A DNA stretch of 52,807 nucleotides, filler included, from Dimargaris cristalligena (lineage: Eukaryota): assembly GCA_003614675.1 (NCBI GenBank). It is 2 parts of 2 records of this genome, joined end to end, with 100 filler letters (N's around TTAATTAATTAA, not from the genome) between each part and the next. Parts side by side here need not be neighbours in the genome. Positions count along the whole stretch, not along the records: positions 26,486 to 52,807 come from ML002543.1; 1 more part is not named here. One strand, given 5' to 3'. Of this stretch, positions 34,513 to 46,152 are shown piece after piece. The position numbers were made by a program, and so were the translations under genes. A model generated the notes under the pieces. The model was not told the DNA's origin. It saw only the letters and a program-made list of their open reading frames with translations, and did no database searches. How positions within the stretch are numbered: position 1 is the stretch's first letter; each line of letters begins with the position of its first letter.

Positions 34513-37500
34513 TATATAATAAGTGACTTAGTGTGATAATGGGCCGACGGCCGAAGAAAAATAATATAGACATGTAGGATGGTTGACAAGGGGAGTAGAC
34601 AAATAATTGGGTCGAAATTAGTGGGACAGGAATGAGCCGATAGAGAGCCTAGTTTAGCATTGTCTGGGCGTCAGCATTAATTAGATGGATAATATATGTA
34701 GGTATAGTAGTGGGAGCTCATGACGATTAAGGTATATATAATGAAGGTTTATATGAAAACACAGCTATAATATGAAATATTTACAATGGCAGAAATGAAA
34801 GAAAATTCGTGTAAAGTAGGTTCCAAGGGTGAACGGGGAACCCTTCGCTATATAAAGCGCGCTGGTTATGCGGCCGTAACGAAAATGAATGTCTCTCGGC
34901 CGATGGGACCCAATAGCAGCCATGGCTTGACCGTAGGAAAGTCCCGAAGGCTGTGGAGGCGATCATTTTCCCCCTAATAGTGTGAGGCTTGGCCCAAAAG
35001 ATGAATATAGATCCTCCGTATGCGACAATCCATCACTGATGGGCGGTAACCATTGGTGTGTTCCGTTGGATCTCGAGAGCGATTATCGCATTATTCGGCC
35101 ATATCAATGGGAGCGAATTGAGGGGGATACTGGTAGGATGACGCACAGTAGCTGAAAACTATAGTATATGCCAATGCTAGACAGTCAAGTTAATGAAAAT
35201 CCAACCATCTCGATTGTATACTATATATAATGGAATGCCCTGAATACATCGCATTCCTTTTCTCGCGCTCATTTGACTGCAGAAAAACATACTCGGCATA
35301 GGAAAGGTTCAGCTAGGCTATATAACGGGGGAAAATCCACCGGAGGAGGCACATAATACTGGTTAACAATGAGTCGCCCGCCTATTTACTCATACACTTA
35401 TCATTTACAGCCTTATACAGATGGTCCAACTACCACCCCTATGGTTTTTTACTATCATTCAAAGGCTCTATGGTGCGACCTGGTCCTTTAGTCCTCAAGC
35501 TATATACAGAACTTAAACGATCGGTCGCGGTGGAAAACGTGCAGTGAGGCGGCATTTGATGTCTAGTCGTATAAATGACAAAGGTATTCCTACGTTCCCC
35601 TGGAAATCGGGGTGTGGGTCAATCTAGTAAGGCTTCTAAGAGGAGTTAGGTAGGCCGGCCAAGCAGTAGAATCCATTTCCTGGTCAGTGTAATGGTGGTA
35701 TAATTGTACTGACATATACGGATACCCTCAATGACTTACCTGTTATACTGTGACCTCTTCTCATGGTGTATGTTAGACTTACCAACGCACCCCTTGCCCA
35801 CCCCAAATTAAACCAGTACTGCCTGCTATTAAAATCCGGATTTTTGCGTGATATTCACTTCCAGGAGATGTCCACGGAGTTGTAGTAATCACCGAATACT
35901 CTGGTTTTGTGTGCTACTGTTTCTCCAGGGCCCAAGCTCGCCCCTACCCCTCGCCAAGTATCCCGCGCTCACATCTCCTTGTATTTTATATTATTTTATT
36001 ATGCATGACAATGCTAGACGTGTCCTCATGGTGTAATAGAATAACGTCTAGGGTCATGATTTAAAAGGCATAGTGGTCAATAATAATCGACCAATAGACC
36101 ACTGCTAACACTTCCCGGATTGGTAAATCTAAATGGCTATATTATATCAAATGCTTAGAACTAAGGCTCTAGTTTAAAACGAATACACGAAGGCCATAAG
36201 AGAAGGGTAGCTGGCACTTATCTGGGAAGTTTTGGTAGTAATAACTCGGCCCATTTACCAGGATAACGAATGGGTGCTCTACAAAACTGTGGGTTGAGAA
36301 TTTGAATTCCTAGCCTGTAAAGACCATAAACCCGCAATATGAAACCTGGAACAGGTGGACCTGTATCGTCAATACCCGGCCATCTGGTGTAGTTGTGGAT
36401 TACATACCCGATTTGAGAGGGCGCGAATCTCGATGGTAGGTTGGCATTGCGGTGGTTGAGCCAGGTGATCGGCAGTTATAGCAGGTTATTAGGGGGTTTT
36501 CTACCCCAATATGGATCGGTAGAGAATATGGGGTATGGGCAAGAAAATCGGTCTTTAGCGGCAGGAACACTCTAATAGAGGCTAGTGAATGGTGAACCAT
36601 GTGCACCACTAGATACATATGCAACGCTTGTTCGGGACGTTAAAATTGATTAATTTACCAGTACGGCTGGGTTTGGGAGGTGATATTTATCCTTTAATGC
36701 GGATAGTGCTCGCCATTTCAATGGAATCTTGGCTGGTAGGGTATGGTTATGGAATCACGGATGGCTATAACTAGATAAACACAATTTAAACGGGACATTA
36801 TTTCGTTAGAATAGTAAAAAAACAATACACAACCGGCAGCCCTATCCATCAACAGTCAATGCATGTGGTGGCTGGGCAGTTAAATAGGTCACTGGTTTCG
36901 GATATAATGGAAACGAACGGCTTATGGAGAAAAGGGTTGGATAAAAGCAATACATTGTTTTATATGACTGGTCATAAGTAATCGTTGATTTCAGTTTTTA
37001 TCAATACCGGGAGCTACGTCAAGGGATGGGTTGGCAGTACCCATAAACTATATCCCTACCTGCACTATTCAAATACACAAATCTACGCTATATACTGGAA
37101 TAGTACTGTGAATAGACCACAGCTTCATTACTCACTAACGAGGATCCGAGCTATCATTCATCAATTTATGATATAGATTTTGGTTGCGATTTTACAGTGA
37201 GCGACTCCATAACTACTAAAGATTCGGCACATCCACACTGGGCCTTGTCATGTTAGAGGAAATGGTCATCATAGCTGTTTAATATTTTCGCTGATATAAA
37301 ACCGAAAAGACCCATGGCATACTTCTTAAGCCAAAGATGTTGAGCAAAGGTATACCGTCTTTCTTTTTATAGCCGGAAACTATGGTTCAGGAACTCCAGG
37401 AGTACATATAGTATAGCCATCATAATGGCCCAACCGTTACTCTCTGTTATATTTTCATTGAATATATATAAGATTGATGTATCAAGAGCGCTGCCCCTTT

Positions 37501-38731
37501 TTCCATAGTATGCCGAGGTCAAATTACGACTGTGCCAAGTTGGTACAAACCCTGACTGTATTAGCCGAAAATGGAATAATGGTCAACAATAGACTGTTTT
37601 AAATTACTAGTTTCAATCGGAACTCTCGTCCACTCGGAGTAAGTCGACCCTTCAGGCACTTTGGCCGCCATATACTGAGGGTATGGTCAGCTGAGGTCTG
37701 AATGTTATCAATACGAACCTTCCAAAGCAAATTTGAAAATTGGTAACCTCCAGCTTTATCAACTGCCAAGATGACCCTTTTTACTTCTTTGATCATCGGC
37801 TGATGCATGCTAATCCCCAGGGCAATCTAACCCAAGTAATGTCGATGACCAAGCTGCGTACCCCAAGAATTGAATGGTGTGGGTCCAGGTATGACGCGCG
37901 GATTGACGTGCTATGAGTACAGCTAGCCAGGATTGCTGGTACCTTTTACAACCACCTAAACCGAATCGCCTTAAGTGGCCACAGCCTTCCCTTACGCTCG
38001 TGAAGGTGGCAGTAGATCATGGCTCAGCTATAAAGGGCTGGCATTCGTTATCGGCTACCGATGGTAAACCCCGCCTAGGCGATCGTTTTGGGCTATTTCT
38101 AAAATTACGGGACTGCAAGGTTTAACATATGTATCCGCTCGGTAATTTCGTCTGTATTTATTTAACTATATTGGAGGGGGGATCGATGTTATTTATAAAA
38201 TGGAATTCGTAAGTAATATGTAGCAGAGTAGTAATTGAAGATTTTTAATATATATGGCAATACGTTTCAGAACCACCAATTCCTAGTTGATGCTCTACTT
38301 TACAGAAACGTCGATATACAGCTTAAATAATATAATGGGTTGGTCTAAATATAAACTAGTTAATGTATACTTAATAGGGAAGCCCCCATTTCCACCCTTC
38401 CTATCTTCCAGCTGGAAATTGGAGGCGCACCCTCATTTCAATATGAAATCGGTTGATTCATAGTAGCAGCGTTCCTCTCCAACGGTTAACGCGTAAATTC
38501 AAGAACTGACCCTCATTTTTTCCACTTTCTAATATCAGCTAAATGATATGTAATGTTGCCACCCTGTCAGGTTGACCAGGCGTTTCTCCTTCCTGCGAGT
38601 AAAACCATTCCATTGTTTGTCCATTCCAGAAATTCCCTAACGTTTGTTTTACTCCCCTTATTGTCCGCTTCTTTTTATCTCCCATTTCTAGTTATCTGAT
38701 CCCACCTTCATTTCCATTTACTTTACTCGCC

Positions 38732-41700
38732 ATGAATCCCGATTTCCCCTCTGATCCCATGGACACCCATGATGCGGGACATGGTGCTACTTTAGAAGTT
38801 GACCAATTCGGCCGGGCCCTCCGGCGCAGCCAGCCCCGTAGCAAGCCCTACGATCGCCCACAGCGGTCGCGTGGCCAGGTCGGAAACGGTGGCCGTCCCG
38901 GCGGTTTCCGCCAGCAACGCGGCGGAGGTCGCGGGGGGCGAGGAGGTGGAGGGTTCCATTCCGGTGGAGGCCCCCGCACCCCCCATGATCACCACCGCGC
39001 CGAGATCGAAGAATTAGAAAAACGGCTTACCTCCCTCATCATCAAGGTCGGCGATAAGCTGAATTCGGGCATGCTCGTCAACCTCAAGGCCCTTACTGAC
39101 GTGGTCGCCAAGGATTTCGCCAACCACACCACCGCCGCTTTACGCGCGTTTCAAGGGGCCATCACGGAATTGCCGTTCAAGACCGAGGTGTACGCTACCT
39201 TGGTAGGGCTCCTCAATGCGCGTCAACCCGACATTGGCCAGGCGATCGTGACCATGGCCTGGGAACAACTACTGACCTCCGCCAAGGAACTCCGTCGTTG
39301 GAAAGTGGTCAAACTGTGGTTGCGGTTCTTCGCCCTCCTGGTGCCCGTCCGTGTGGTGTCCCGGGAAACGGTAGTCCAGATGCTGTGGACGTTTTTGAAT
39401 GCCGTGATGCGGGACGACGCGTCACTACAGGACCTGAAACGGGCCGACACGTTCGTGTTTTTGGTTCAGGTCACGCTACCCTACCTCGGCCAGGAATTGG
39501 ATCCCACACCCAGCGGTGATTTGGATCGTATCCTCAGCACCCTGCAGCAGTACGTCGAGCGGTCCGACCAGCGCCCGCACCCCGAAATCCTCAACGCCCT
39601 ACCGGGTTTGCCCGCTAACTTCCCGTCCCTGGCCGAACCCCTGCTCCCCTACTACAGCTACCAGCGTCGCCCGCTGGCCTACTTGCAGCAGTGTCTGCGC
39701 CAGCTGGCCTCCCGCTCGTGGGATTCCCCGCTGATTCACCGAAGCTTCGAACACTTCCAGGAGGAGCTCCAGGCAGGCCAGGCCCACCCTCTCCAGGTGT
39801 CCAGTCTGGAACTGCCGGCCGCCCTCAATGCGTACATGCTATCCACGCTGTCGGAGGACGCCGATGCTGAGGTGATCACGGCCACCCCGGTCGCCGCCGA
39901 AGACTCCCTCGCCGCCCAGATCAACCCGCTCCAGGCCGCCTCCCAAGCGACCTACGCCTCGAAGTACCGTTATGGCCACGCCATTCCAACCGCCTGGTTG
40001 CCGTTGGTGGCCGACCCCGCCGCTGAACTCCTACCGGAGCACTTCCTCATTTATGACGGGGTCTTGGACGTGTTGGATATCTTCCACGTCAACCGTAAGG
40101 ATGCGGCCAGCTACCTACTGCAGTTGCGCTATGCCATCCCCGAAAGCCTTTGGCAGTGTCCCTCCCCAGTTGAAACCGACCCCGCCGATCCGTCGGCCCC
40201 AACCGACTCGGCAGCGTCTCCCCCTACACCGGCCCACCCGGTGCTCAACTTGGACTATATTGTCTTATCCGCTCTCTTCGCCCGACTGTTCGAATTACCC
40301 CAACCGCCCCATAAGAACGTGTACTACGCCGCCCTCACGATTGAATTGTGCAAACTCTCCGCCGAGCGCTTTTTGGCCGCCACTGCCGCTATGGTGACCC
40401 AGATCTTCAAGACCCTCCCAACCCACGTTCCCTGGACCAATCGCCCGGAATTGGAAGCTCTGGCCCAGACCGCCGTCGACCAAGACCACCCGGTAGCCCT
40501 GGCCCTGATTGCCGAAAACCCGACTACGACGGTTACTTGGGATTCCGAATGTATCCACCGCCTAGCCGATTGGTTCGGTCTCTACCTCAGCAACAGCCAA
40601 TACACCTGGGCCTGGAAGGATTGGGAGCCTGTTTTGTCCCAATGTCATCCCGGTGCCCCCGCCTGGGTCTTCGCGAGGGAGGTACTGTACAAGTGCATTC
40701 GACTGTCGTACATGGACCGCGTCAAGAGTACCCTCCCCGAGGAAATGCAGGCCATCCTTCCCCTGGTGTCGCTGGAACCTAATTTCCGTTACCCCCCCGT
40801 CGACCCCCAGCAACCCGACAATTCTTCCGTTGCCGTCCCAAGCGCCCTGCGCACATTTGCGACCCAGCTGATGCAACTGCTCCGTCGCAAGGAGTCCATC
40901 AGTAATATTCAGGCCTTTTTGGAAAGTGCTTACGAAAACGACCTGGCCACTATCTCCTCCGAGGAACTGCGTCCGCTGGCCCAGGTGTCCGCCCGGGTAT
41001 ACATTGCCCAGGTTTCGCCCGGTCGGGAAGATCCCGCCACCGAATTGCTGCCGGAGAACACCCTCCTGACCCGGGTGGTGCGCGACGTCTTCGTCCAAAC
41101 TGTACTTTACCTCGGTAGCAAGAGTTTCAGCCACATGTTGATTGTGATCGAACGCTACCTCCCCCTGCTCCAAAAATTCTCGGCCGATAACGAGGCCCGC
41201 CGTCACATTGTGGAAATCGTGAACGAGTTCTGGTGCCATAACCCGCAATTCATCACGATCATCATCGATAAACTGCTCAACTACCGGGTGATTGATCCCG
41301 CCGCGGTGGTGGCCTGGACCCTCAACCCCCTTCGACTCCAGAGTGAGTTACCGGCGCCCTTCTACGTGTGGGAGATTCTGCGTAACACGGTCCACAAGAT
41401 CGATTCCCGTATCGCCCAGATTGAGCAGCGCCTGACGACCCAGCGCTCGCTGCTGAATAGCCAGGGGGTAGGAGTGGGGAACGCGGCCTCTAACCCCACG
41501 GGATCGGAACCGTCCCTGGCCGAAAACATCTCCCATTTGGAAACCACCCTGGCCAGCCTACGCCTGGAACAAAAGGAACTTCTTCTATCGTTGTTCCAGA
41601 GTTTCGTGGGGTTATTGAGCACCCTGCTGCGGGAATGTGTGGCGAACGGCGTGGATCCCTTAAGTCACCAGCCGTACCTGTGGATCGAAGGTCGTTACCG

Positions 41701-41824
41701 TGAGATTATCCGTACTTACCACCGCGGCGTGAAGCGCTTGGCGACGACCCTGGAAACGATTGTGTTCACCAGTGATCTGAATCCCGAAATTATTAACGTG
41801 TTCCGAGAAGCCCTAAGCCTTTAA
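38732..41824 (+). CDS. CBP80: Nuclear cap-binding protein large subunit (CBP80/NCBP1/Sto1), 1030 aa
   Basis: LTSLIIKVGDK, ELPFKTEVYATLVGLLN, RLADWFGLYLSN..YTWAWKDW, KCIRLSYMDRVK, LGSKSFSH, IIIDKLLNYRVIDP. Confidence 0.93.
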   Translation: MNPDFPSDPMDTHDAGHGATLEVDQFGRALRRSQPRSKPYDRPQRSRGQVGNGGRPGGFRQQRGGGRGGRGGGGFHSGGGPRTPHDHHRAEIEELEKRLTSLIIKVGDKLNSGMLVNLKALTDVVAKDFANHTTAALRAFQGAITELPFKTEVYATLVGLLNARQPDIGQAIVTMAWEQLLTSAKELRRWKVVKLWLRFFALLVPVRVVSRETVVQMLWTFLNAVMRDDASLQDLKRADTFVFLVQVTLPYLGQELDPTPSGDLDRILSTLQQYVERSDQRPHPEILNALPGLPANFPSLAEPLLPYYSYQRRPLAYLQQCLRQLASRSWDSPLIHRSFEHFQEELQAGQAHPLQVSSLELPAALNAYMLSTLSEDADAEVITATPVAAEDSLAAQINPLQAASQATYASKYRYGHAIPTAWLPLVADPAAELLPEHFLIYDGVLDVLDIFHVNRKDAASYLLQLRYAIPESLWQCPSPVETDPADPSAPTDSAASPPTPAHPVLNLDYIVLSALFARLFELPQPPHKNVYYAALTIELCKLSAERFLAATAAMVTQIFKTLPTHVPWTNRPELEALAQTAVDQDHPVALALIAENPTTTVTWDSECIHRLADWFGLYLSNSQYTWAWKDWEPVLSQCHPGAPAWVFAREVLYKCIRLSYMDRVKSTLPEEMQAILPLVSLEPNFRYPPVDPQQPDNSSVAVPSALRTFATQLMQLLRRKESISNIQAFLESAYENDLATISSEELRPLAQVSARVYIAQVSPGREDPATELLPENTLLTRVVRDVFVQTVLYLGSKSFSHMLIVIERYLPLLQKFSADNEARRHIVEIVNEFWCHNPQFITIIIDKLLNYRVIDPAAVVAWTLNPLRLQSELPAPFYVWEILRNTVHKIDSRIAQIEQRLTTQRSLLNSQGVGVGNAASNPTGSEPSLAENISHLETTLASLRLEQKELLLSLFQSFVGLLSTLLRECVANGVDPLSHQPYLWIEGRYREIIRTYHRGVKRLATTLETIVFTSDLNPEIINVFREALSL

Positions 41825-42604
41825 ACTATACCTGGCCATGCATGTAGAGAGAGGGAGTGCTATTGATGATTTGGCCTTGGAAGAGGGGGCGTGCTTTTAA
41901 TATGAGAAGACTCTTTTCGATATAAACCAAGTGCTAACTATTGTAACCCATCCGGGCGTGTCTGCGTGTCTTTTGAGTATTGTTTTGATACCCTTCCTTA
42001 TATTAGTATTGTTTCATTTATTTAAGTTATTCAATGATTCTTATTAAAAAAAAACCACTACTAAACATCTATTGATCAACCAGTGGATGCGGTTTTTCAT
42101 AACAACTATTTGGCCAGTAGATGGGATTTTGGCCAGGTAAATGGTGTATAATAATAGAAATAGTGGGTTTGTGGAATATCTGGAGCGAACGTCTTGGAGC
42201 AGGTATATATGGTGGATAAAATAGCAAGACGGGTTTGGACTGTTAGTATAGTTAACCCACTTTGTACAAAAAAAAGTGGACATATCCCATATCAATTTAA
42301 CCATCATTTGGTGCCTGTTCTATTAAATATTTTGGCTGGATCAAGCCATCTTTCTCCCCTGCCACGTAAACTACGGCCCACTCTTCAGACTCAGTAGATT
42401 CAGTCGTCTCGCCCACACTGATGGTGCTATTGGCCTTCTGACTCCGCCCTAGTCATCTGCACTGGTAGTTACTACTAACAGGACCCTGCCATTCTCAAGA
42501 AGCTTCTCCATCCCCTTCCGCTCCTCCTTTTCTCTTTACTTGTTCGTCCCATCTATCTGTCGAGTGGGTTTTGGACACTACATCAACTTCCTGCTCCCTA
42601 TCCC

Positions 42605-44836
42605 ATGGCTAAACCCTCGTCCGTTGCTGTTGCGGCGGCCACACCGCCCACGCCGGCTACCCGCGACATGCTGCCGCTTCTGCGGGTCGGCATCCTAGTG
42701 CTCATCGCCATTATTGGCTTTTCGTCCCGCCTCTTCTCCGTCGTGCGTTTCGAATCCATCATCCACGAGTTCGATCCCTGGTTCAACTATCGCTCCACCC
42801 AGTACATGGTGAAGAACGGCATGTACTCCTTCTGGAACTGGTTCGACGAACGGTCGTGGTACCCTCTCGGCCGGGTGGTTGGTGGTACCGTTTACCCCGG
42901 CTTGATGGTCACGGCGACCGTGATCCATAATATTCTGCACGGCCTCAACTACCCCATGGATATCCGTAACATCTGTGTCATGATGGCCCCCCTGTTCTCA
43001 GGGTTGACCGCCTTGGCCACTTATCTGTTCACTTCTGAAGTTTGCAACCGGACCGCCGGTCTCTTCGCCGCTGTGTTCATTGCCGTGGCCCCCGGGTACA
43101 TCTCCCGTTCCGTGGCGGGCTCGTACGATTACGAGGGTATCGCCATTTTCATCCTGATGCTCTGCTTCTACCTGTGGCTCCGTGCGCTTCGGACCGGATC
43201 CCCCCTGATGGCCGTTTTCACGGCGGTGACCTACTTCTACATGGTCGCGACCTGGGGTGGCTATGTGTTCATTATCAATCTGATCCCCCTCCACGCCTTT
43301 GTACTGATTCTGATGGGCCGCTTCTCCAACCGCCTCTACGTGGCCTACTGTACTTTCTATGCCGTGGGCACCATGGCCGCTATGCAAATTCCCTTTGTGG
43401 GGTTCCAGCCCACCAGCAGCAGTGAACACATGGCCGCCCTGGGTACCTTCGGCATGTTGCAACTGGTTGCCTTTGCCCATTTCGTTCGCAGCCATTTGCC
43501 CAACCAGCAGTTTAAGCAACTGCTTCGCTGGCTCTTGGTAGGCGGCGTGGCCCTACTGGTTGGTATCTTCCTTCTCCTGAGTGCCACCCGTTTCATCGCC
43601 CCCTGGACCGGTCGATTCTACTCCCTGTGGGATACCGGCTACGCCAAGGCCAATATCCCCATTATCGCGTCGGTGTCCGAGCATCAGCCAACCGCCTGGG
43701 CCTCCCTCTTCTTTGATCTGCAACTCCTTATGCTGCTTTTCCCGGCTGGTATCTACTTCTGCTTCACCAAGTTCGAGGAAGCCCAGATCTTTGTCATTAT
43801 CTACAGCCTGTTTGCCTCCTACTTTGCGGGCGTGATGGTGCGCCTAGTGCTGACTCTGACCCCCATCGTCTGTGTTGCGGCCGGTATCGCCATGGCCAAT
43901 CTGCTCTACTCCTACGGCTCCCCCGTAATTCGACCCTCCCAGTCGATTGACTCGGCCACCCCGGCCCCAGCTGCATCCGCCGACGACTCCGCTCAACTAA
44001 CTTCTACCTCGGGTCTTGAAACGGAGGCCAAGAAGACTGCCACCCCTGCTAAACCGCGCAATTCCATTATCCAACTGGCTGTTTTGGGCTGCTTATTTAT
44101 CTCTGTACTCATGTTCATGTTCCACTCTACCTGGGCTACTTCCGAGGCCTACTCTTCCCCGTCGGTTGTCCTGGCCTCATCCCGGCCCGATGGTTCCCGG
44201 ATTATTATCGATGATTTCCGCGATGCTTACTACTGGCTGCGCAAGAATACGGCGCCAGACGCTAAACTCATGTCCTGGTGGGACTACGGTTACCAACTGA
44301 CCGGGTTCACCAACCGCACAGTGCTGGTTGACAACAACACCTGGAACAACACCCATATTGCCACGGTGGGCCTGGCTATGGGCTCCGACGAAGACAAGGC
44401 CTACGAAATTCTCCGCAAACTCGATGTCGACTACGTTCTGGTGGTCTTCGGTGGTTTGGTGGGCTATTCGGGCGACGACTTGAATAAGTTTCTGTGGATG
44501 GTTCGGATTGCTGCTGGGGTGTACCCCGACGAACTCAACGAGAAGGACTTTTACACGGCCGGCGGAGAGTTCCGCTTGGACGACCAGGCGTCCCAGAAGA
44601 TGAAGGACAGTCTGATGTATAAGTTGTCCTACTACCGCTTCAACGAGGCCCTCCAGGGACAGGGCATGGATCGGGTGCGCCAGTCAAAGGCCCCTAGTAA
44701 ACCCATTCGACTTGATATGTTGGAGGAAGTCATGACTTCGTCCCACTGGATTGTGCGTATTTTCAAACTCAAAGAGCCGGATAACCTCGGCCGTAATTTA
44801 CACAAGGTTGCTACTTTCAACAAGAAGCAAAAATAG
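42605..44836 (+). CDS. STT3: Oligosaccharyltransferase catalytic subunit STT3
   Basis: RFESIIHEFDPWFNYR, SVAGSYDYE, IIASVSEHQP, SWWDYG, DNNTWNNTHIA. Confidence 0.98.
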   Translation: MAKPSSVAVAAATPPTPATRDMLPLLRVGILVLIAIIGFSSRLFSVVRFESIIHEFDPWFNYRSTQYMVKNGMYSFWNWFDERSWYPLGRVVGGTVYPGLMVTATVIHNILHGLNYPMDIRNICVMMAPLFSGLTALATYLFTSEVCNRTAGLFAAVFIAVAPGYISRSVAGSYDYEGIAIFILMLCFYLWLRALRTGSPLMAVFTAVTYFYMVATWGGYVFIINLIPLHAFVLILMGRFSNRLYVAYCTFYAVGTMAAMQIPFVGFQPTSSSEHMAALGTFGMLQLVAFAHFVRSHLPNQQFKQLLRWLLVGGVALLVGIFLLLSATRFIAPWTGRFYSLWDTGYAKANIPIIASVSEHQPTAWASLFFDLQLLMLLFPAGIYFCFTKFEEAQIFVIIYSLFASYFAGVMVRLVLTLTPIVCVAAGIAMANLLYSYGSPVIRPSQSIDSATPAPAASADDSAQLTSTSGLETEAKKTATPAKPRNSIIQLAVLGCLFISVLMFMFHSTWATSEAYSSPSVVLASSRPDGSRIIIDDFRDAYYWLRKNTAPDAKLMSWWDYGYQLTGFTNRTVLVDNNTWNNTHIATVGLAMGSDEDKAYEILRKLDVDYVLVVFGGLVGYSGDDLNKFLWMVRIAAGVYPDELNEKDFYTAGGEFRLDDQASQKMKDSLMYKLSYYRFNEALQGQGMDRVRQSKAPSKPIRLDMLEEVMTSSHWIVRIFKLKEPDNLGRNLHKVATFNKKQK

Positions 44837-46152
44837 TTCAGGCATGGAGCTGAAATACGGTGGCTGCTATGCTAAATTATATATACATATAACACCATTC
44901 TATCCACCTCACGAATCGAGGTGTGACTGCCAGCGCGAGAATAGCCAACATTTAATAAACACCTTTTACTTTACATATTTGATCTGCTGAATTGGAAATG
45001 GGGGTGTGGCTGACTGTGATTAGGGACCTGCAAGTTGGGATCGTAAAGCTGCTGTTTCCTTAGAATGGAACTTCTGGTGGTTATTAAGAGTCGTGGCGGC
45101 GGGGTAATAGTTATGTATCTAGTAACCTTATCAAATAAAGCAAATTTGGGGTAGGTCATACTAATTGCCGCGGGTGACAAATCTTGTAAATAATTGTATT
45201 TCCTTGTTCTAGAAAGGAAGTAGGCTACGAATTAGTGCTATCGGGATATGGTATCCTAGCTAAAGATTAAATTGGCCAACACTAAGTTAGTAGGGGTGGA
45301 TTGCGGGAGACATGCCGAGGCGTGGAATGTAGGTTTGGTGTTCAATACAACAGGTATAACGGATGTGGAGCAATGTTAAGATATGTTTGAAACTAATGGA
45401 AAGTGCTGTAGAAGGTAAACTATGTGACGATATGATTAGACGGCTGGTCAGTAACTAAGGGTCATCGTAAAAATGAAGTGCCGCAATACACTTTAATATA
45501 ATGCATGTGCTATTATGGTGGTATACCTTAACCTCTCTTTGTTCACCTCTCCCTGGCAATTCAGCACCCCAGTTAGCTAATTCAATTGAAGTTGGTAGTA
45601 AATATCACTTGTACATAAGTGATGTACTCATTAGTATTATTGGGTTGGCTTGCTAGACATTTCAACTCTTGTAATCCACACCTGGACATGCAATTTTCTC
45701 ACTGGTGGATGCATCAAACAAGCACAATAATAAATCAGGTGACTGGGGAGAGCACTGGGGGGCTAGATTAGAGATTTCAAAGGTACCGGCTACCAATATA
45801 TCTGTCCTCATAAGTAAACGAGGGGGAGTCGTTGCAACAATACACAAGGCTAATTCGAACTTTTCAGCAATGTATGCCTTGTTTTCGACTGTCTATTTAG
45901 ATTTTAAATACGTTTTTTTAAAAATAACGCCCACCGACCAGTTCAGACGCCCCTACCTTATTCCATAACGGGCCATTCTGCCTTTTCCAAAGTGTTAGTG
46001 CGTGCTATTCTGTGATTCCTCGGCTCAATTGACCGATCACCCGAGCTGAATTCGAACCGGACACCAATCGAGCCCAATCTTTCAAGGCAATAGCCCACAC
46101 GCAAGACACCATTCCTTAAACTCCTCGGTCCCCGGCCTTTCCACAACTTAGC

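Noticed and set aside
36560-36645. Minus-strand ALHMYLVV, resembling the GPCR TM3 end ALDMHLVI
   Set aside because: Similarity does not extend to either side; too weak to call a paralogue relic.
38876-38890. CCAGGTCGGAAACGG, resembling SRP RNA helix 8
   Set aside because: It lies inside the CBP80 CDS, lacks the following AGCAG and has no other SRP helices.
45734-45760. Minus-strand SPQSPDL, like the Tc1 WPxxSPDL motif
   Set aside because: No following NPIE, no other DDE motifs and no terminal repeats.
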